Positions 1 to 13,747 of a stretch of 64,000 nt of DNA are shown piece by piece. Source of the DNA: Eledone cirrhosa (Eukaryota). The stretch is from the NCBI GenBank assembly GCA_964016885.1, contig OZ024760.1, positions 18,972,001 through 19,036,000 of the forward strand. Direction: 5' to 3'. The notes under the pieces were generated by a model. The model made no database searches and had not been told where the DNA came from. It worked only from the letters and a program-made list of their open reading frames with translations. How positions within the stretch are numbered: the first letter of the stretch is position 1; every line of letters starts with the position of its first letter. The position numbers and the translations under genes are program-made.

Positions 1-188
1 TGTGAAAACTCATTCTTTGATATACTCATTGAATCTTGTTTAACTCTTTAATATATATATATATATATATATCAATATATATAGATATATATATAGTGGT
101 GGAACACTGGACGGTAATATCCGTAGTGGTAGAGCACTCAGTCCATGGGACTAGTTAGGTAGAAGTGGTTACACAACAGTTAGTTCAC

Positions 189-236
189 CATACCGAGAAC
201 AATTGTTTCACCTTAGCGGATCCTCAGATCGGAATG
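189..236 (-). ncRNA. Type I hammerhead motif (inverted copy of 354-401)
   Basis: Reverse complement reads cauuccgau-CUGAGGA-uccgcuaaggu-GAAACAAUUGUU-cucgguaug. Confidence 0.7.
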
Positions 237-353
237 CCGCCGACCTTAAGGTAGATAAGAAGCTACAATCTCTAGCTAAGCGGGAAGCGTTCCTCACCCT
301 GAAAGATCACAAGGTAGACTTTACTTCTAACACCACAGGCCTATAACCATGCC

Positions 354-401
354 CATTCCGAGCTGAGGATCCGCTAAGGTGAAACAATTGTTCTCAGTAT
401 G
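354..401 (+). ncRNA. Type I minimal hammerhead ribozyme motif
   Basis: cauuccgag-CUGAGGA-uCCgcuaaGGu-GAAA-CAAUUG-UU-cucaguaug. Stem I closes, stem III is the palindrome ACAAUUGU, predicted cleavage triplet GUU. Confidence 0.75.
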
Positions 402-426
402 GTGAACTAACTGTTGTGTAACCACG

Positions 427-463
<37 letters not shown>

Positions 464-523
464 CAGGTACAGTGAACTTTTTAACATTTATTTTAAAACT
501 TTTTCTTATTTGCTAAACCTTGA

Positions 524-572
<49 letters not shown>

Positions 573-607
573 GAGATAGATACATAGATAAAAAGATAAA
601 TAGATAT

Positions 608-850
608 GTTTCTTTATTAGCCACAGGGGCACAAAAGAAGGGGACAAATACAAAGGGGGAAGTTTACATACAATAAAAACGTGTAAAATATTATCACAAA
701 TGCAATTTAAAAATTAATCGATTTTCCCCAATAGGGGGAGACATTACATATGGGTAACACATACCCACGAAAAAATGTGCAACCCTCATCTCCAGGACTT
801 CGAAGAGTTTGTACTCCCTTCCTCTCCTCCTCTTTTCCCTCAACCTACAG
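608..850 (-). mobile_element. 3' UTR fragment of a Tx1-like LINE
   Basis: Minus strand has the tccccctattgggga hairpin and ends cccctgtggctaataaagaaac, as in the 3' UTR of the Tx1-type fragment at 26230-27056. Flanked by TAGA-type repeats. Confidence 0.6.
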
Positions 851-1153
851 GCTGATAGACAGACAGATAGTTTGCTAGCTAGCAAGCTTGTTATATACCT
901 ATGTAACCAGACCAATATCGGATATAATAGTTTGCAATGGAATAAACATGTTTACGTCACGCCGAATCGATGCGGTTCTTGCGAGTCTAGATACGTCAGA
1001 CCTAGTAGGAAGATAGAATTAAAATATTTCACTTTTGCGCCTAAAGCTAAGAAATTGAGAATTTAATTCATGCACGCAAGCATATATAAAACACAGCCAC
1101 GCTCACATGTAAGTATACACACAGAGTCACACATGAATATATACATACACAGA

Positions 1154-1238
<85 letters not shown>

Positions 1239-1283
1239 TTCTCTCTCTCTGTCTCTCTCTCTTTCTCTCTCTCTGTCTCTCTC

Positions 1284-1332
<49 letters not shown>

Positions 1333-1401
1333 ATATATATATTGTATTTATATATACATATACATACACTCACACATACACTTATATATATTTATGTATA
1401 T

Positions 1402-1486
<85 letters not shown>

Positions 1487-2047
1487 CATAAACATACGTT
1501 TCCCTACCATCTGTTACGCAGCAATTTCCCTAATCCTTTTCATCACAGCAAAGTATAACGTAATTTCCGTAATTTACGGTGACAGTTGCTATAGCAACTG
1601 CAGCATGGACGCTAATTACTTTGATGTTACCGCCCTGCCGCTCTGAAACGAAACATTTTAATATCCTTATAACGAATGTTCCGTGTGGTTATTATAACAT
1701 AGCTTGAGGAAATGTTGTTGTTGTTCTCTCTCTGTGGCCGCTTGTGTCGTTGCTGCTGTTGTTGTTGTTGTTCTCGTAGTAGTAGTAGTAATAGTAGTAG
1801 TAGTTGTTGTAGGTAATATTAGTGTGGTGGTGGTGGTGGTAGTGTATTATAACATAGTTTGCAGTTGTTCTCTGTGTTCCCGCTTGTGTCATTGTTGTTG
1901 TTCTTGCAGCAGTAGTAGTAGTGGTTGTCGTAGTAGTAGTAGTGGTTGTCGTAGCAGTAGTAGTAACAGTAGTAGTAGTAGTTGTTGTAAGTGGTAATAT
2001 CATTGTAGTGGTGGTGGTGTTAGTGGTGGTATTAATGGTGGAGGAGG

Positions 2048-2232
2048 TAATTGTTTTTGTTTTTGGCACAAGGCCAGCAATAAACCAGTACATTACTGGT
2101 ACTTTATTTTATCGACCCCGTAAGGATGAAAGGCAAAGTTAACCTCGGCGGGATTTGAACTCAGATCGTAAAGGGACGTAACTCTATGCTTCAAAGCATG
2201 GCGTCCGACTCTCTACCGATAGTGCCAAATTG
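2048..2232 (-). mobile_element. tRNA-derived SINE (major family)
   Basis: Reverse complement of the consensus: A-box tggca..atcggtagag, B-box gagttcaaatccc, core gcctttcatccttacggggtcgataaaataaagtacc. Confidence 0.9.
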
Positions 2233-2415
2233 CTGAAAGTGACAATGTTTCTAACTTATATTGTCAGCCATGATGTAAATAATAATTTTCTACTTTTGGC
2301 ACAAGGCCAGCAATTCACGTGATAGGAATAAATATTGATTATATCGACCCCGGCGGTACTGTACTTTGCTGGTACTTTATTTTATCGAACGTGGAAGGAT
2401 GGACAAAACTGACCT

Positions 2416-2841
2416 CGACGTCATTACCTCTTCCTTCCTCAATTATCTCTAGTGTGTGACGTCATCACCCCTTCCTTTCTCAGTCATCTCGAGTGTGTGA
2501 CGTCATCAACCATTCCTTTCTGAATCATCTCGAGTGTGTGACGTCATCAACCATTCCTTTCTGAATCATCTCTAGTGTGTGACGTCATCACCCCTCCTTC
2601 CTCAGTCATCTCTAGTATGTGACGTCATCAACCATTCCTTTCTCAATCATCTCTAGTGTGTGACGTCATCACCCCTCCTTCCTCAGTCATCTCTAGTATG
2701 TGACGTCATCAACCCCTCCTTCCTCAGTCATCTCTAGTGTGTGACGTCATCAACCATTCCTTTCTCAGTCATCTCTAGTGTGTGACGTCATCACCCCTCC
2801 TTCCTCAGTCATCTCTAGTGTGTGACGTCATCACCCATTCC
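2416..2841. repeat. 40-41 bp minisatellite, ~10.5 copies, each with a TGACGTCA palindrome
   Basis: TGACGTCA at 2457, 2498, 2539, 2580, 2620, 2661, 2701, 2742, 2783 and 2823. Confidence 0.95.
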
Positions 2842-2924
2842 TTGTATTTTGTAAATTGTATAGCGTGTTTCTGGCAGTGCATATTTCGTATCAGTTCCTT
2901 GGGTTTCATTATTTATACAACTGA

Positions 2925-3533
2925 GGACGGTGGTTTGGCAGTATCAGTAGAGGATCGGACGCCATGCTTTGCAGCATAGAGTTACGCCGCTTTACGGTCT
3001 GAGTTCAAATCCCGCCGAGGTTAACTTTGCCTTTCATCCTTACGGTGCTAATAAAATAAAGTACCAATAAAGAACTGGGTTCGATTTTATCGACTTTCCC
3101 TTCCCCTCAAATTACTGGCCGTGTGCCTATAGTAGAAATCATTATTTATGCAACTATACGATCTGAGTTCAAATTCCGCTGAGGTTGACTTTGCCTTTCA
3201 TCCTTACGGGGTCGATAAAATAAAGTACCAGTAATGCACTGGGTATTTGCTGGCATTGTGCCTAAAGTAGAAACAATTATTTATGCAACTAATACTTAAC
3301 TACTTCTAACCATGAAACGTTAAACATCTGACGGCATTATACTCAGGGCGGTGGATTGTCAGTATCGGTAGAGGGCTGGACATGCTTTCCAGCATAGTTA
3401 CGTCTCTTTACGATCTGAGTTCAAATCCCGCTGAGGTTAACTCTGCCTTACATCCTTACGGGGTCGATAAAATACGGTACCAGTAATGTACTGAGTATTT
3501 GCTGGCCTTGTGCCAAAAGTAGAAACAATTATT
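2925..3533 (+). mobile_element. Cluster of three major-family SINE copies (2925-3146, partial 3157-3282, 3347-3533)
   Basis: A/B boxes, conserved central core and gtagaaacaattatt tail. Confidence 0.9.
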
Positions 3534-4111
3534 CTCACGATTCATTGTCCTGAAGAGGAGCTGTTTTCATTTATAAGCCCGAGATTGTAAGATGGGAATT
3601 GTAGGTTATATCACCCACCCCGTACTTGATAGACCCTTCATGCTTATGGACATCACAAGGCCTCACCTGGATTTGAATTAAGAATGTAAAGAGCTGGAAG
3701 AAACAGCAAAATCCATTGGTCCAATGCTCGACAAAATTTACCAAAATTGCTGCAGTTTTCGGTTAAAACACCTCACCATGCCACATCTTGTCAAATATAG
3801 TTGGACTGAGAAACAATTACGAAAATATTCTCGCAATAAAACGTGAAATATTTGACAGTTATCGCAGGATTACCTGCGAGGAACAAATATTATTTTCTTG
3901 TATTATTATGAGATAAAAAAAAACGTTTTCATCGAGACATCTCAGTAATATACTTACAATATATCTAAAATGCTTATTGAGTGGTTTAATGAAAGACACC
4001 CCCGGCAAGCTTATCATAGCGACGCCAGTCTGAGTCGAATTGAAATTACTTTCATTTACATAACTAATATAGAAAGACAGTCTCTGTGTGTATGATTGCG
4101 TGTTTGAATGT

Positions 4112-4204
<93 letters not shown>

Positions 4205-4339
4205 TGGGTAGATGTTAGATCTACGTCAGTTCCAACGAGGAGTGTTCCAATTGATTCGAGCAACGGAACATTCTGCTTGTGAAATTGTGAAATTAACATG
4301 CAGGTGTCTTAGTATTTCATAGATATGTGTACCATTAAC

Positions 4340-4518
4340 ATAGTTCTCAGGGAGAGCCAGCGTGCCAAGACTTTTCTTTTGAATTACGCGTACAAATCAC
4401 TTTTGCCAGCTAAATAGACTGGAGCAATGTGAAATAAAATGCGTTTTGCTCAAAGACAAAATACGTCGCCGGGTATCGAACCTTACGATCACGAACCGAA
4501 CACCCTAAACACTAAACC
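4340..4518 (-). mobile_element. Degenerate CORE-type tRNA SINE
   Basis: Similar to 5310-5429 (ggagcaatgtgaaataaa...ttgctcaa...atcgaacc). Confidence 0.55.
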
Positions 4519-4969
4519 TTCGATATTTAGTTCACTATTTCCATATCAAATATGTTCTATTTCATTGAGTAGTTAGGGCGTTATTCCGTGATTCTGCATT
4601 TCGAGTTCAAATGCCGTCGAGGTCGACTTTGTCTTTCATACTTTCATATTTCTCTAGATCGAGAAGCACTGTATGCACTGCAACCAGCCTGTACTCTATT
4701 TCCGTCTAGTTGTCACATGCCGGATGTTCTACTGGATCAAATGGCACATGAAACCCATATCACGTGATTATTGAACCAATCCCACGAGCCGCTATTTTGA
4801 GCATCTGTCAGCAACGCGGAGCTTGCATTGAATCGAAGCCTTAAGAATGAAATTTGAGAAAATGAATTTGAGAAAAGAAAATTGTGAACCATGTGACTTC
4901 TGGTTCAATACTTCATACGAAGTCGAAGTATCCTGGACAATGGCGTGCCATCCGTCTTACAATGAAGAC

Positions 4970-5004
<35 letters not shown>

Positions 5005-5008
<4 letters not shown>

Positions 5009-5059
5009 AGGCTTCTACAAGACTAGAACAGTTTCATTCGGGAGAAATCATCAGGTATA

Positions 5060-5096
<37 letters not shown>

Positions 5097-5143
5097 AGGC
5101 TTCTACAAGACTAGAACAGTTTCATTCGGGAGAAATCATCGGG
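5005..5143 (-). ncRNA. Two tandem truncated family-C hammerhead motifs separated by (TA)n
   Basis: Reverse complement cCUGAUGA-uuucucccgaau-GAAAC-uguucuagucuu-GUA-gaagcc. The second copy has CCGAUGA. Confidence 0.6.
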
Positions 5144-5309
5144 TATATATATATATGTATATATATATATGTATATATACAAATATGTATATATACATAT
5201 GTATATATAATAGGAACGATCGACTTTCGTCAAATCGGACCGAGGGAACAATGTTTCCGTTAGTCTTTCCAATTGCTAATACTATCTATCGGTCGCAACT
5301 CCAGGTAGA

Positions 5310-5429
5310 AGGAGCAACGTGAAATAAAGTGTCTTGCTCAAGGACATAACGCATCGCCTGGTCCAGGAATCGAACTCACAACCTTACGATTGCGAATCCA
5401 ATTCTCTAACCACTCAGCCACACGTCTTC
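5310..5429 (-). mobile_element. CORE-type tRNA SINE 5' part
   Basis: Reverse complement has A-box tggctgagtggttag, B-box gagttcgattcc and the CORE-like motif tgtccttgagcaagacacttt. Confidence 0.7.
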
Positions 5430-6250
5430 ATATGTATATGTATGTATATATGTATGTATATATACATATGTATATGAATGTATATATGTATGTATATATA
5501 CATATGTATATGAATGTATACATATATGTATATATACATATGTATATGTATGTATATATGTATGTATATATACATATGTATATGTATGTATATATGTATA
5601 TATATATACATATGTATATGAATGTATATATGTATGTATATATACATATGTATATGTATGTATATATGTTTGTATATATACATATGTATATGAATGTATA
5701 TATACATATGTATATGAATGTATATATGTATGTATATATACATATGTATATGAATGTATATATGTATGTATATATACATATGTATATGAATCTATATATG
5801 TATGTATATATACATATGTGTATGTATATATACATATGTGTATGTATATATACATATGTGTATGTATATATACATATGTGTATGTATATATACATATGTG
5901 TATGTATATATACATATGTATATGTATATATACATATGTATATGTATATATACATATGTATATGTATATATGTATATGTATATATACATATGTATATGTA
6001 TATATATATGTATTTGTATGTATATATGTATATATATATGCATATGTATATATATATATATGCATATGTATATGTATGTATATATGTATATATATATGCA
6101 TATGTATATATATATATGCATATGTATATGTATGTATATATGTATATATATATGCATATGTATATATATATATGCATATGTATATATATATGCATATGTG
6201 TATGTATGTATATATATATATAAATGTGTGTGCGTGTGTGTGTACATGTG
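5430..6250. repeat. (TA)/(TATG) compound microsatellite
   Basis: Direct inspection. Confidence 0.95.
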
Positions 6251-6880
6251 TATAATTCAAAATTGAAAAAATTTTTTTTTTTTTGCACACAATAAAAATG
6301 AAAACATAAATATTAAAAAGAAGAATCTAAAAAAAGGAGGAAAATGCAAAAATATTCAAGAATTGAGAAATAAAACACAAAAGGAAAGAATTCAAAATGA
6401 AGAAAAAATAGAAATAACAAAAACGAACGATGTATTTGATCGTCAAGTATAAAATTTGTAGAATGTTGGTTATTTTCTACAGATTTCTACAAATTCCACA
6501 CATAACGACAAAATATATATGGTAGTCAAGTATAAAATTTGTAGAAGTTTAGTTCTCTTCTATAGATTTCTGCAAATTCCATACTTGAGGACCAAATATA
6601 TTTGGTAGTCAAGTATAGAAGTTGTAGAAGTTTGGCTCTCTTCCCCAGATTTCTACAAATTCCATACTTGACCAATCTATTTTTATTCAACGAAGTCTAT
6701 CTATGGCAGCCATGTGATATCTTTAACAAATCTTTCGCAGATAAACGATAATATATAACGAAGTACTATTATTTTAATGGTTCTAGTATCGAAATAAATA
6801 TATAGAAATAAATAGATAGAGAATAATTATATAGTAAATATATATATATATAGTATATATATATATAGTATATATATATA

Positions 6881-6918
<38 letters not shown>

Positions 6919-7052
6919 AACGAAGGAAATGTGGTAAGGAACCAGGTGGACCATAACGCACCAAAGTACTCAATACTTAGGGTAGTAGAGTGGGTAATAG
7001 GAATTAGCCGTCGAAACGGATTGAGCTCAGCCGTCGGGGTCTTACTTGTTCC
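6919..7052. mobile_element. Family-B (TA)n-embedded element lacking the left hairpin arm
   Basis: Same sequence as 18254-18442, but taggaa joins directly to ttagccgtcg. Confidence 0.8.
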
Positions 7053-7888
7053 TATATATATATAGTATATATATATATATAGTATATATATATATATATA
7101 GTATATATATATATATAGTATATATATATATATATAGTATATATATATATATAGTATATATATAGTATATATATATATATAGTATATATATAGTATATAT
7201 ATATATATATAGTATATATATATATATAGTATATATATATATATAGTATATATATAGTATATATATATATATATATAGTATATATATAGTATATATATAT
7301 ATATAGTATATATATAGTATATATATATATATATAGTATATATATAGTATATATATATAGTATATATATATATATATAGTATATATATATAGTATATATA
7401 TATATATATAGTATATATATAGTATATATATATATAGTATATATATATAGTATATATATATAGTATATATATATATAGTATATATATATAGTATATATAT
7501 ATAGTATATATATATAGTATATATATATAGTATATATATATATAGTATATATATATATAGTATATATATATATAGTATATATATATAGTATATATATATA
7601 GTATATATATATATAGTATATATATATATAGTATATATATATAGTATATATATATATAGTATATATATATATAGTATATATATATATAGTATATATATAT
7701 AGTATATATATATATAGTATATATATATATAGTATATATATATATAGTATATATATATATATAGTATATATATATATATAGTATATATATATATAGTATA
7801 TATATATATATAGTATATATATGTATATAGTATATATATGTATATAGTATATATATATATAGTATATATATATATATGTATATATATA
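7053..7888. repeat. (TA)nG microsatellite
   Basis: Direct inspection. Confidence 0.95.
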
Positions 7889-7889
7889 T

Positions 7890-7966
7890 CATCATCATCA
7901 TCGTCATTTTACGTCCGCTTTTCCCTGCTTGCAAGGAAATATATATCTATATATATATAGGGTAAT

Positions 7967-7999
<33 letters not shown>

Positions 8000-8076
8000 C
8001 ATCATCATCATCGTCATTTTACGTCCGCTTTTCCCTGCTTGCAAGGAAATATATATCTATATATATATAGGGTAAT

Positions 8077-8109
<33 letters not shown>

Positions 8110-8200
8110 CATCATCATCATCGTCATTTTACGTCCGCTTTTCCCTGCTTGCAAGGAAATATATATCTATATATATATAGGGTAATTATATATATATATA
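7890..8200. repeat. 110-bp unit x3 containing a probable LINE 3' tail (catcatcatcgtcattttacgtccgcttttcc)
   Basis: Unit starts at 7890, 8000 and 8110. Confidence 0.85.
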
Positions 8201-8268
8201 AATAGTAAATCGGTATATATAGGAAATGTAGCGAATATATATATAGTAAATAAATAAACACACACATA

Positions 8269-8374
<106 letters not shown>

Positions 8375-8522
8375 AATACAGTGGAATGGAAAAAAAGAAA
8401 AAAAAAAAAAGAACGGCAATTAGATTTAATCTAACAATGTTAATTTAGAAGATAAATACAAATAGTCATTTCAGAAAAAGAATATCAAAGGAAAAGTCAT
8501 TATCAAATAAAACTAATTTGCA

Positions 8523-8579
<57 letters not shown>

Positions 8580-8706
8580 AAAGTTCTATTTAAATTGTTG
8601 GGATACAACAAGCAAATATTTTTATAACTGATATAAAGCACTCAACAATTATTTGGAGTAAACATACGATATTAACAAATGGAAACTATATTTATAAAAC
8701 CATATT

Positions 8707-8771
8707 TATTTCATTATATATATTTCAAGGACACCAAGTTAAATTATGGTATGCTTTCATCAGATAAAATA
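8707..8771 (-). ncRNA. Type I hammerhead motif (family D)
   Basis: Reverse complement uauuuuau-CUGAUGA-aagcauacca..ugguguccuu-GAAA-uauauau-A-augaaaua. Homologous copy at 35785-35849. Confidence 0.75.
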
Positions 8772-8952
8772 TACTATAGAGCAGTTTTATAAATAAATAT
8801 TGACATATATATATACAAATATAAATTAGCGAGAATCGTATTTCGGCTATTGGAAATTAGCAAAAAACAACTTCCGAGATGTGTGGCAAGCGCTCAATAG
8901 ATTCTAACGAACCAGAGCTACAACATACGTTAAAAGGCCAAACACACTGAGA

Positions 8953-9570
<618 letters not shown>

Positions 9571-9730
9571 TCATATATATATATATATATGTGCATATAT
9601 ACATATTTATATATACATATGTACATAAATATATACACATATATATATTAATATATATTAATATATATATATATATTATGTATATACACACACATATATT
9701 TATAGATATATATACATTTATATATTAATG

Positions 9731-9764
<34 letters not shown>

Positions 9765-9767
<3 letters not shown>

Positions 9768-10371
9768 TGGCTGCCAACTCGTTTTCGAGTACGGCCACTA
9801 CTTTATATCCATGTAGGAGAACCCCTACCGATGCGCTGAACGAGTGACTTTTTAGTCCAGCCAGCGACTTGAAAACTCTGGTACAAACACTACACTTGTG
9901 ACAATTATTGACACATAGTGCTTTGCCTTTGGTACCATGTGACGACAAGTGCAGAGAGATCTCCAGATACAAAGCAATGCCTGTGCCGTGAAGCTTTTAT
10001 AGTGAGCAAAGGCACTGCACAAAGCCAGTCCCACTCTCTTAACCAAGATGATATTTACCAAAAAGAAGAACAAGTCAACATCATTGGATACCATCAGGGT
10101 TGCAGGTGTTATATCAGAGTTTTCCTTCTCCTAGAATTCTGCCTTGACAAAGGCTAAGGGGTCATCTCTCCCACTGATTTTGGATGGCCATTGACTCTTA
10201 AGAGCTCCTTTGCCCTTTGACAGGTTTTGTTTTTAGTCCTGCAGGATGTCCAAAGTCACCCTCCTCACCAAGAAACCTTGGTGGGGTTGCCAGTTTAGTC
10301 GCCAACGACCCGACCATGAGACAGGTTGTACTGGGATACATGTTAGCAGTAGCACCAAGTGGTGACCTGAC
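9765..10371 (-). mobile_element. ~600-bp non-autonomous RTE-derived element
   Basis: Near-identical to 15536-16144 (+) and 52581-52970 (-). Flanked by (TA)n. Confidence 0.85.
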
Positions 10372-10892
10372 ATAAATATATATATATACATATATAAATA
10401 CACACACATATATACACATACATATATTTATAGATATATATACATTTATATATTAATGTATGTATATATATTTATATATATATATATACCTATATAAATA
10501 CACACACATATATACACACACATATATTTATAGATATATATACATTTATATATTTATGTATGTATATATATTTATATATATATATATACATATATAAATA
10601 CACACACATATATACACACATATAGTTATAGATATATATACATTATATATTGATATATATATATATATATATGTATATATATGCACATACACGTATTTGA
10701 CATTGCAAATATTGATTTTGTAATCAACTCGGCCATAAATATATAAATGTGAAGTTTGGAAACCAAATTGTATTTATTTTAAACAGATTTTACCATGTTT
10801 GGTGTATATACGCCATCTTTGAGATAGCTAACATGTCACAATAAATATTAGATTTTACCATCGTCTTGTGCAAAATTTCAAACTTGTGCTCA

Positions 10893-11080
10893 TGGTGGAT
10901 TGGCAGTATCGGTAGAGGGTCGGACACCATGCTTTCCAGCATAGTTACGTCCCTTTACGATCTGAGTTCAAATCCCGCCGAGGTTGACTTTGCCTTTCAT
11001 CCTTACGGGGTCGATAAAATAAAGTACCAGTAATGCACTGGGTAATTGCTGGCCTTGTGCCTAAAGTAGAAACAAGTATT
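10893..11080 (+). mobile_element. tRNA-derived SINE (major family)
   Basis: Full consensus match. Confidence 0.9.
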
Positions 11081-11329
11081 ATGACCTATAAAAACTAACA
11101 CCCTCCCATCCCTCTGGCTTTCGGCTGACTGCCACAGTAGCGATATAACTGTATTAAACCTAACCCAGTTTATTAACGTATCAATTTCCTCCGCAGAAAA
11201 AACCAATGTTTGTTGTGGAGTTTTTACTTCTTGTCAAACAGGAGACAAGCTTTTTTCTACAAATACATTATCTGTTGGCAAATATTCTGTGACGACATAT
11301 TAGTAACTACACTCATGTATTTCTGTGTG

Positions 11330-11447
11330 TGTATATATATATATGTGTCTGTGTGTGTATGTATATGTATGTATATATGTGTATATGTATATATGTATAT
11401 GCATATATGTATGTATATGTATATATACATATATGTGTATATATACA

Positions 11448-11484
<37 letters not shown>

Positions 11485-12105
11485 GTATATGTATACATAT
11501 ATGTATATATATATATGTATATATATATTTATATATACATATATGTATATATATATATGTATATATATATATGTATATATATATTTATATATACATATAT
11601 GTATATATATATATGTATATATATATTTATATATACATATATGTATATATATATATGTATATATATATATGTATACATATATGTATATATATATATGTAT
11701 ATATATATATGTATATATATATTTATATATACATATATGTATATATATATATGTATATATATATATGTATATATGTATATATATATGTATATATGTATAT
11801 ATATGTATATATATATATGTATATATATATATGTATATATGTATATATATATGTATATATGTATATATATGTATATATATATATGTATATATATATATGT
11901 ATATATATATGTATATATGTGTATATATATATATATATGTATGTATATATGTGTATATATATATATATGTATGTATATATGTGTATATATATATGTATAT
12001 ATGTGTATATATATATATATGTATGTATATATGTGTATATATATATATATGTATATATATATGTATGTATATATATATGTATGTATATATGTATGTATAT
12101 ATATT
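11330..12105. repeat. (TA)-rich microsatellite
   Basis: Direct inspection. Confidence 0.95.
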
Positions 12106-12107
12106 TT

Positions 12108-12381
12108 TGTGATCAAGTATATTTTATTATACATATTTTAGAAGTACTGAGTTAACTTCAACAGTACGTCCTCATCAGATAAAATAAGATGATGCATGTT
12201 CTCAATATTAAGGTATATAAATATTGAGTTTTGTCATATATTACTCACTACCATGACTGAATCTTAACCATCTACTATGTCAGGGTATGTCATGCATCAT
12301 CTTATTTTATCTGATGAGGACGTACTGTTGAAGTTAACTCAGTACCTCTGAAATATGTATAATAAAATATACTTGATCACA
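12108..12381. mobile_element. Fold-back PLE-like fragment with hammerhead motifs
   Basis: 91-bp inverted arms 12108-12198 and 12291-12381. Confidence 0.75.
12303..12369 (+). ncRNA. Type I hammerhead motif
   Basis: uauuuuau-CUGAUGA-ggacGUACUG..CAGUACcucu-GAAA-uauguau-A-auaaaaua, with an 8-bp stem I. The inverted copy (12120-12186) has GAAA changed to AAAA. Confidence 0.75.
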
Positions 12382-13040
12382 CGAATATCTATTTTGTTAA
12401 TATTTTGAATTATATATGTATATATGTGTGTATGTGAGGTGGGTCTTAGCTTTGATTTTTCTGAGATGATAATATTTTTTTCTTCTCTACTTTCATGTAT
12501 CACCGTCACACGAGAAAGATATAAGTAATCTTAGAAAATTGGCTTCGAAAGATGCATTTCTGAATTGGCCTATTGCGTTTTGAATTGACGGTCACTACAA
12601 CCCTATTTCTATTTTTATTTGATTACTCACAGAAACATGACATAGTAGGTTGTTGCCCGATGTTTACCAAGCCTTGAAACATATTTTGGTCATACGCCAT
12701 TGATCTTTATTTATTCACATTAAAATAAGGGTGGTGTGTGAATGTGCACGTAAATTTGAAAAGGAATGTCAAAGTGAATGTTAAAGACGAGTGATCCACC
12801 ATTTTAAGTGCAGAACATGTAGCTTAACGAATGAGGAAATATTCTGAATACGTAAATCAACAATATTCTCTTATACGACGCAAATGTATTGGATTTTCTG
12901 TCAGGTTTAGCGATGAGCATTTAATCAGTAGATGAACCGAACAACCGAATCCTGAAGAAATGTTTAATTGACATGGAAAGACTTACACTGATTCTGGGAG
13001 AGGATTAGTTTAACACAACGTGACTCAGTATAAGGCATTG

Positions 13041-13083
<43 letters not shown>

Positions 13084-13110
13084 TATAAATATATAAATAT
13101 ATATATATAA

Positions 13111-13141
<31 letters not shown>

Positions 13142-13180
13142 AATATATATATAAATATATATATAAATATATATATAAAT

Positions 13181-13225
<45 letters not shown>

Positions 13226-13270
13226 TATATATAAATATAAATATATATATAAATATATATATAAATATAA

Positions 13271-13303
<33 letters not shown>

Positions 13304-13561
13304 AATATATATATAAATATATATATATATCACTTGAAAAATTTTTTGAATTTAGAATTTTTGAATTCTTTATTGTTTAATTTATAATCTCTGATATTTG
13401 ATTTAGGATTTTAACCTTTAATTTTAATTTTTATTCCCAACTCTCACTCTTAACTTACTATGTAAAACCATAGTACCTAGAATTAAGTTTATTTTACCTT
13501 ATGAGTTGATGGTCAGTCTTACTGTCAACGCTTAGTGAAAGGTAGTATTATGACCTATAAA

Positions 13562-13747
13562 GCGGTGGTGGATTGGCAGTATCGGTAGAGGGTCGGACGC
13601 CATGCTTTCCAGCATAGTTACGTCCCTTTACGATCTGAGTTCAAATCCCGCCGAGGTTGACTTTGCCTTTCATCCTTACGGGGTCGATAAAATAAAGTAC
13701 CAGTAATGCACTGGGTAATTGCTGGCCTTGTGCCTAAAGTAGAAACA
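13562..13747 (+). mobile_element. tRNA-derived SINE with 18-bp target-site duplication
   Basis: agtattatgacctataaa at 13544-13561 and 13748-13765. Confidence 0.92.

Larger units (their letters stand above)
96..425. mobile_element. Fold-back PLE-like terminal fragment (family A) with two hammerhead motifs, between (TA)n and (CT)n/(TA)n
   Basis: Inverted arms 165-236 and 354-425 (2 mismatches), each containing a hammerhead core. The same tail recurs in the opposite orientation at ~51845-51945. Confidence 0.75.

Noticed and set aside
2416-2841. CRISPR-like regular repeat with a palindromic core
   Set aside because: The intervening sequences are themselves repeated rather than unique spacers, there are no cas genes, and the context is eukaryotic.
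3545-3596. Possible hammerhead (CUGAAGA...GAGA)
   Set aside because: GAAA is not intact and the stem I register is off. Similar failures occur at ~12950 and ~55274.
13562-13660. tRNA gene suggested by A and B boxes
   Set aside because: It is the head of a multi-copy SINE with a TSD and no intact cloverleaf.
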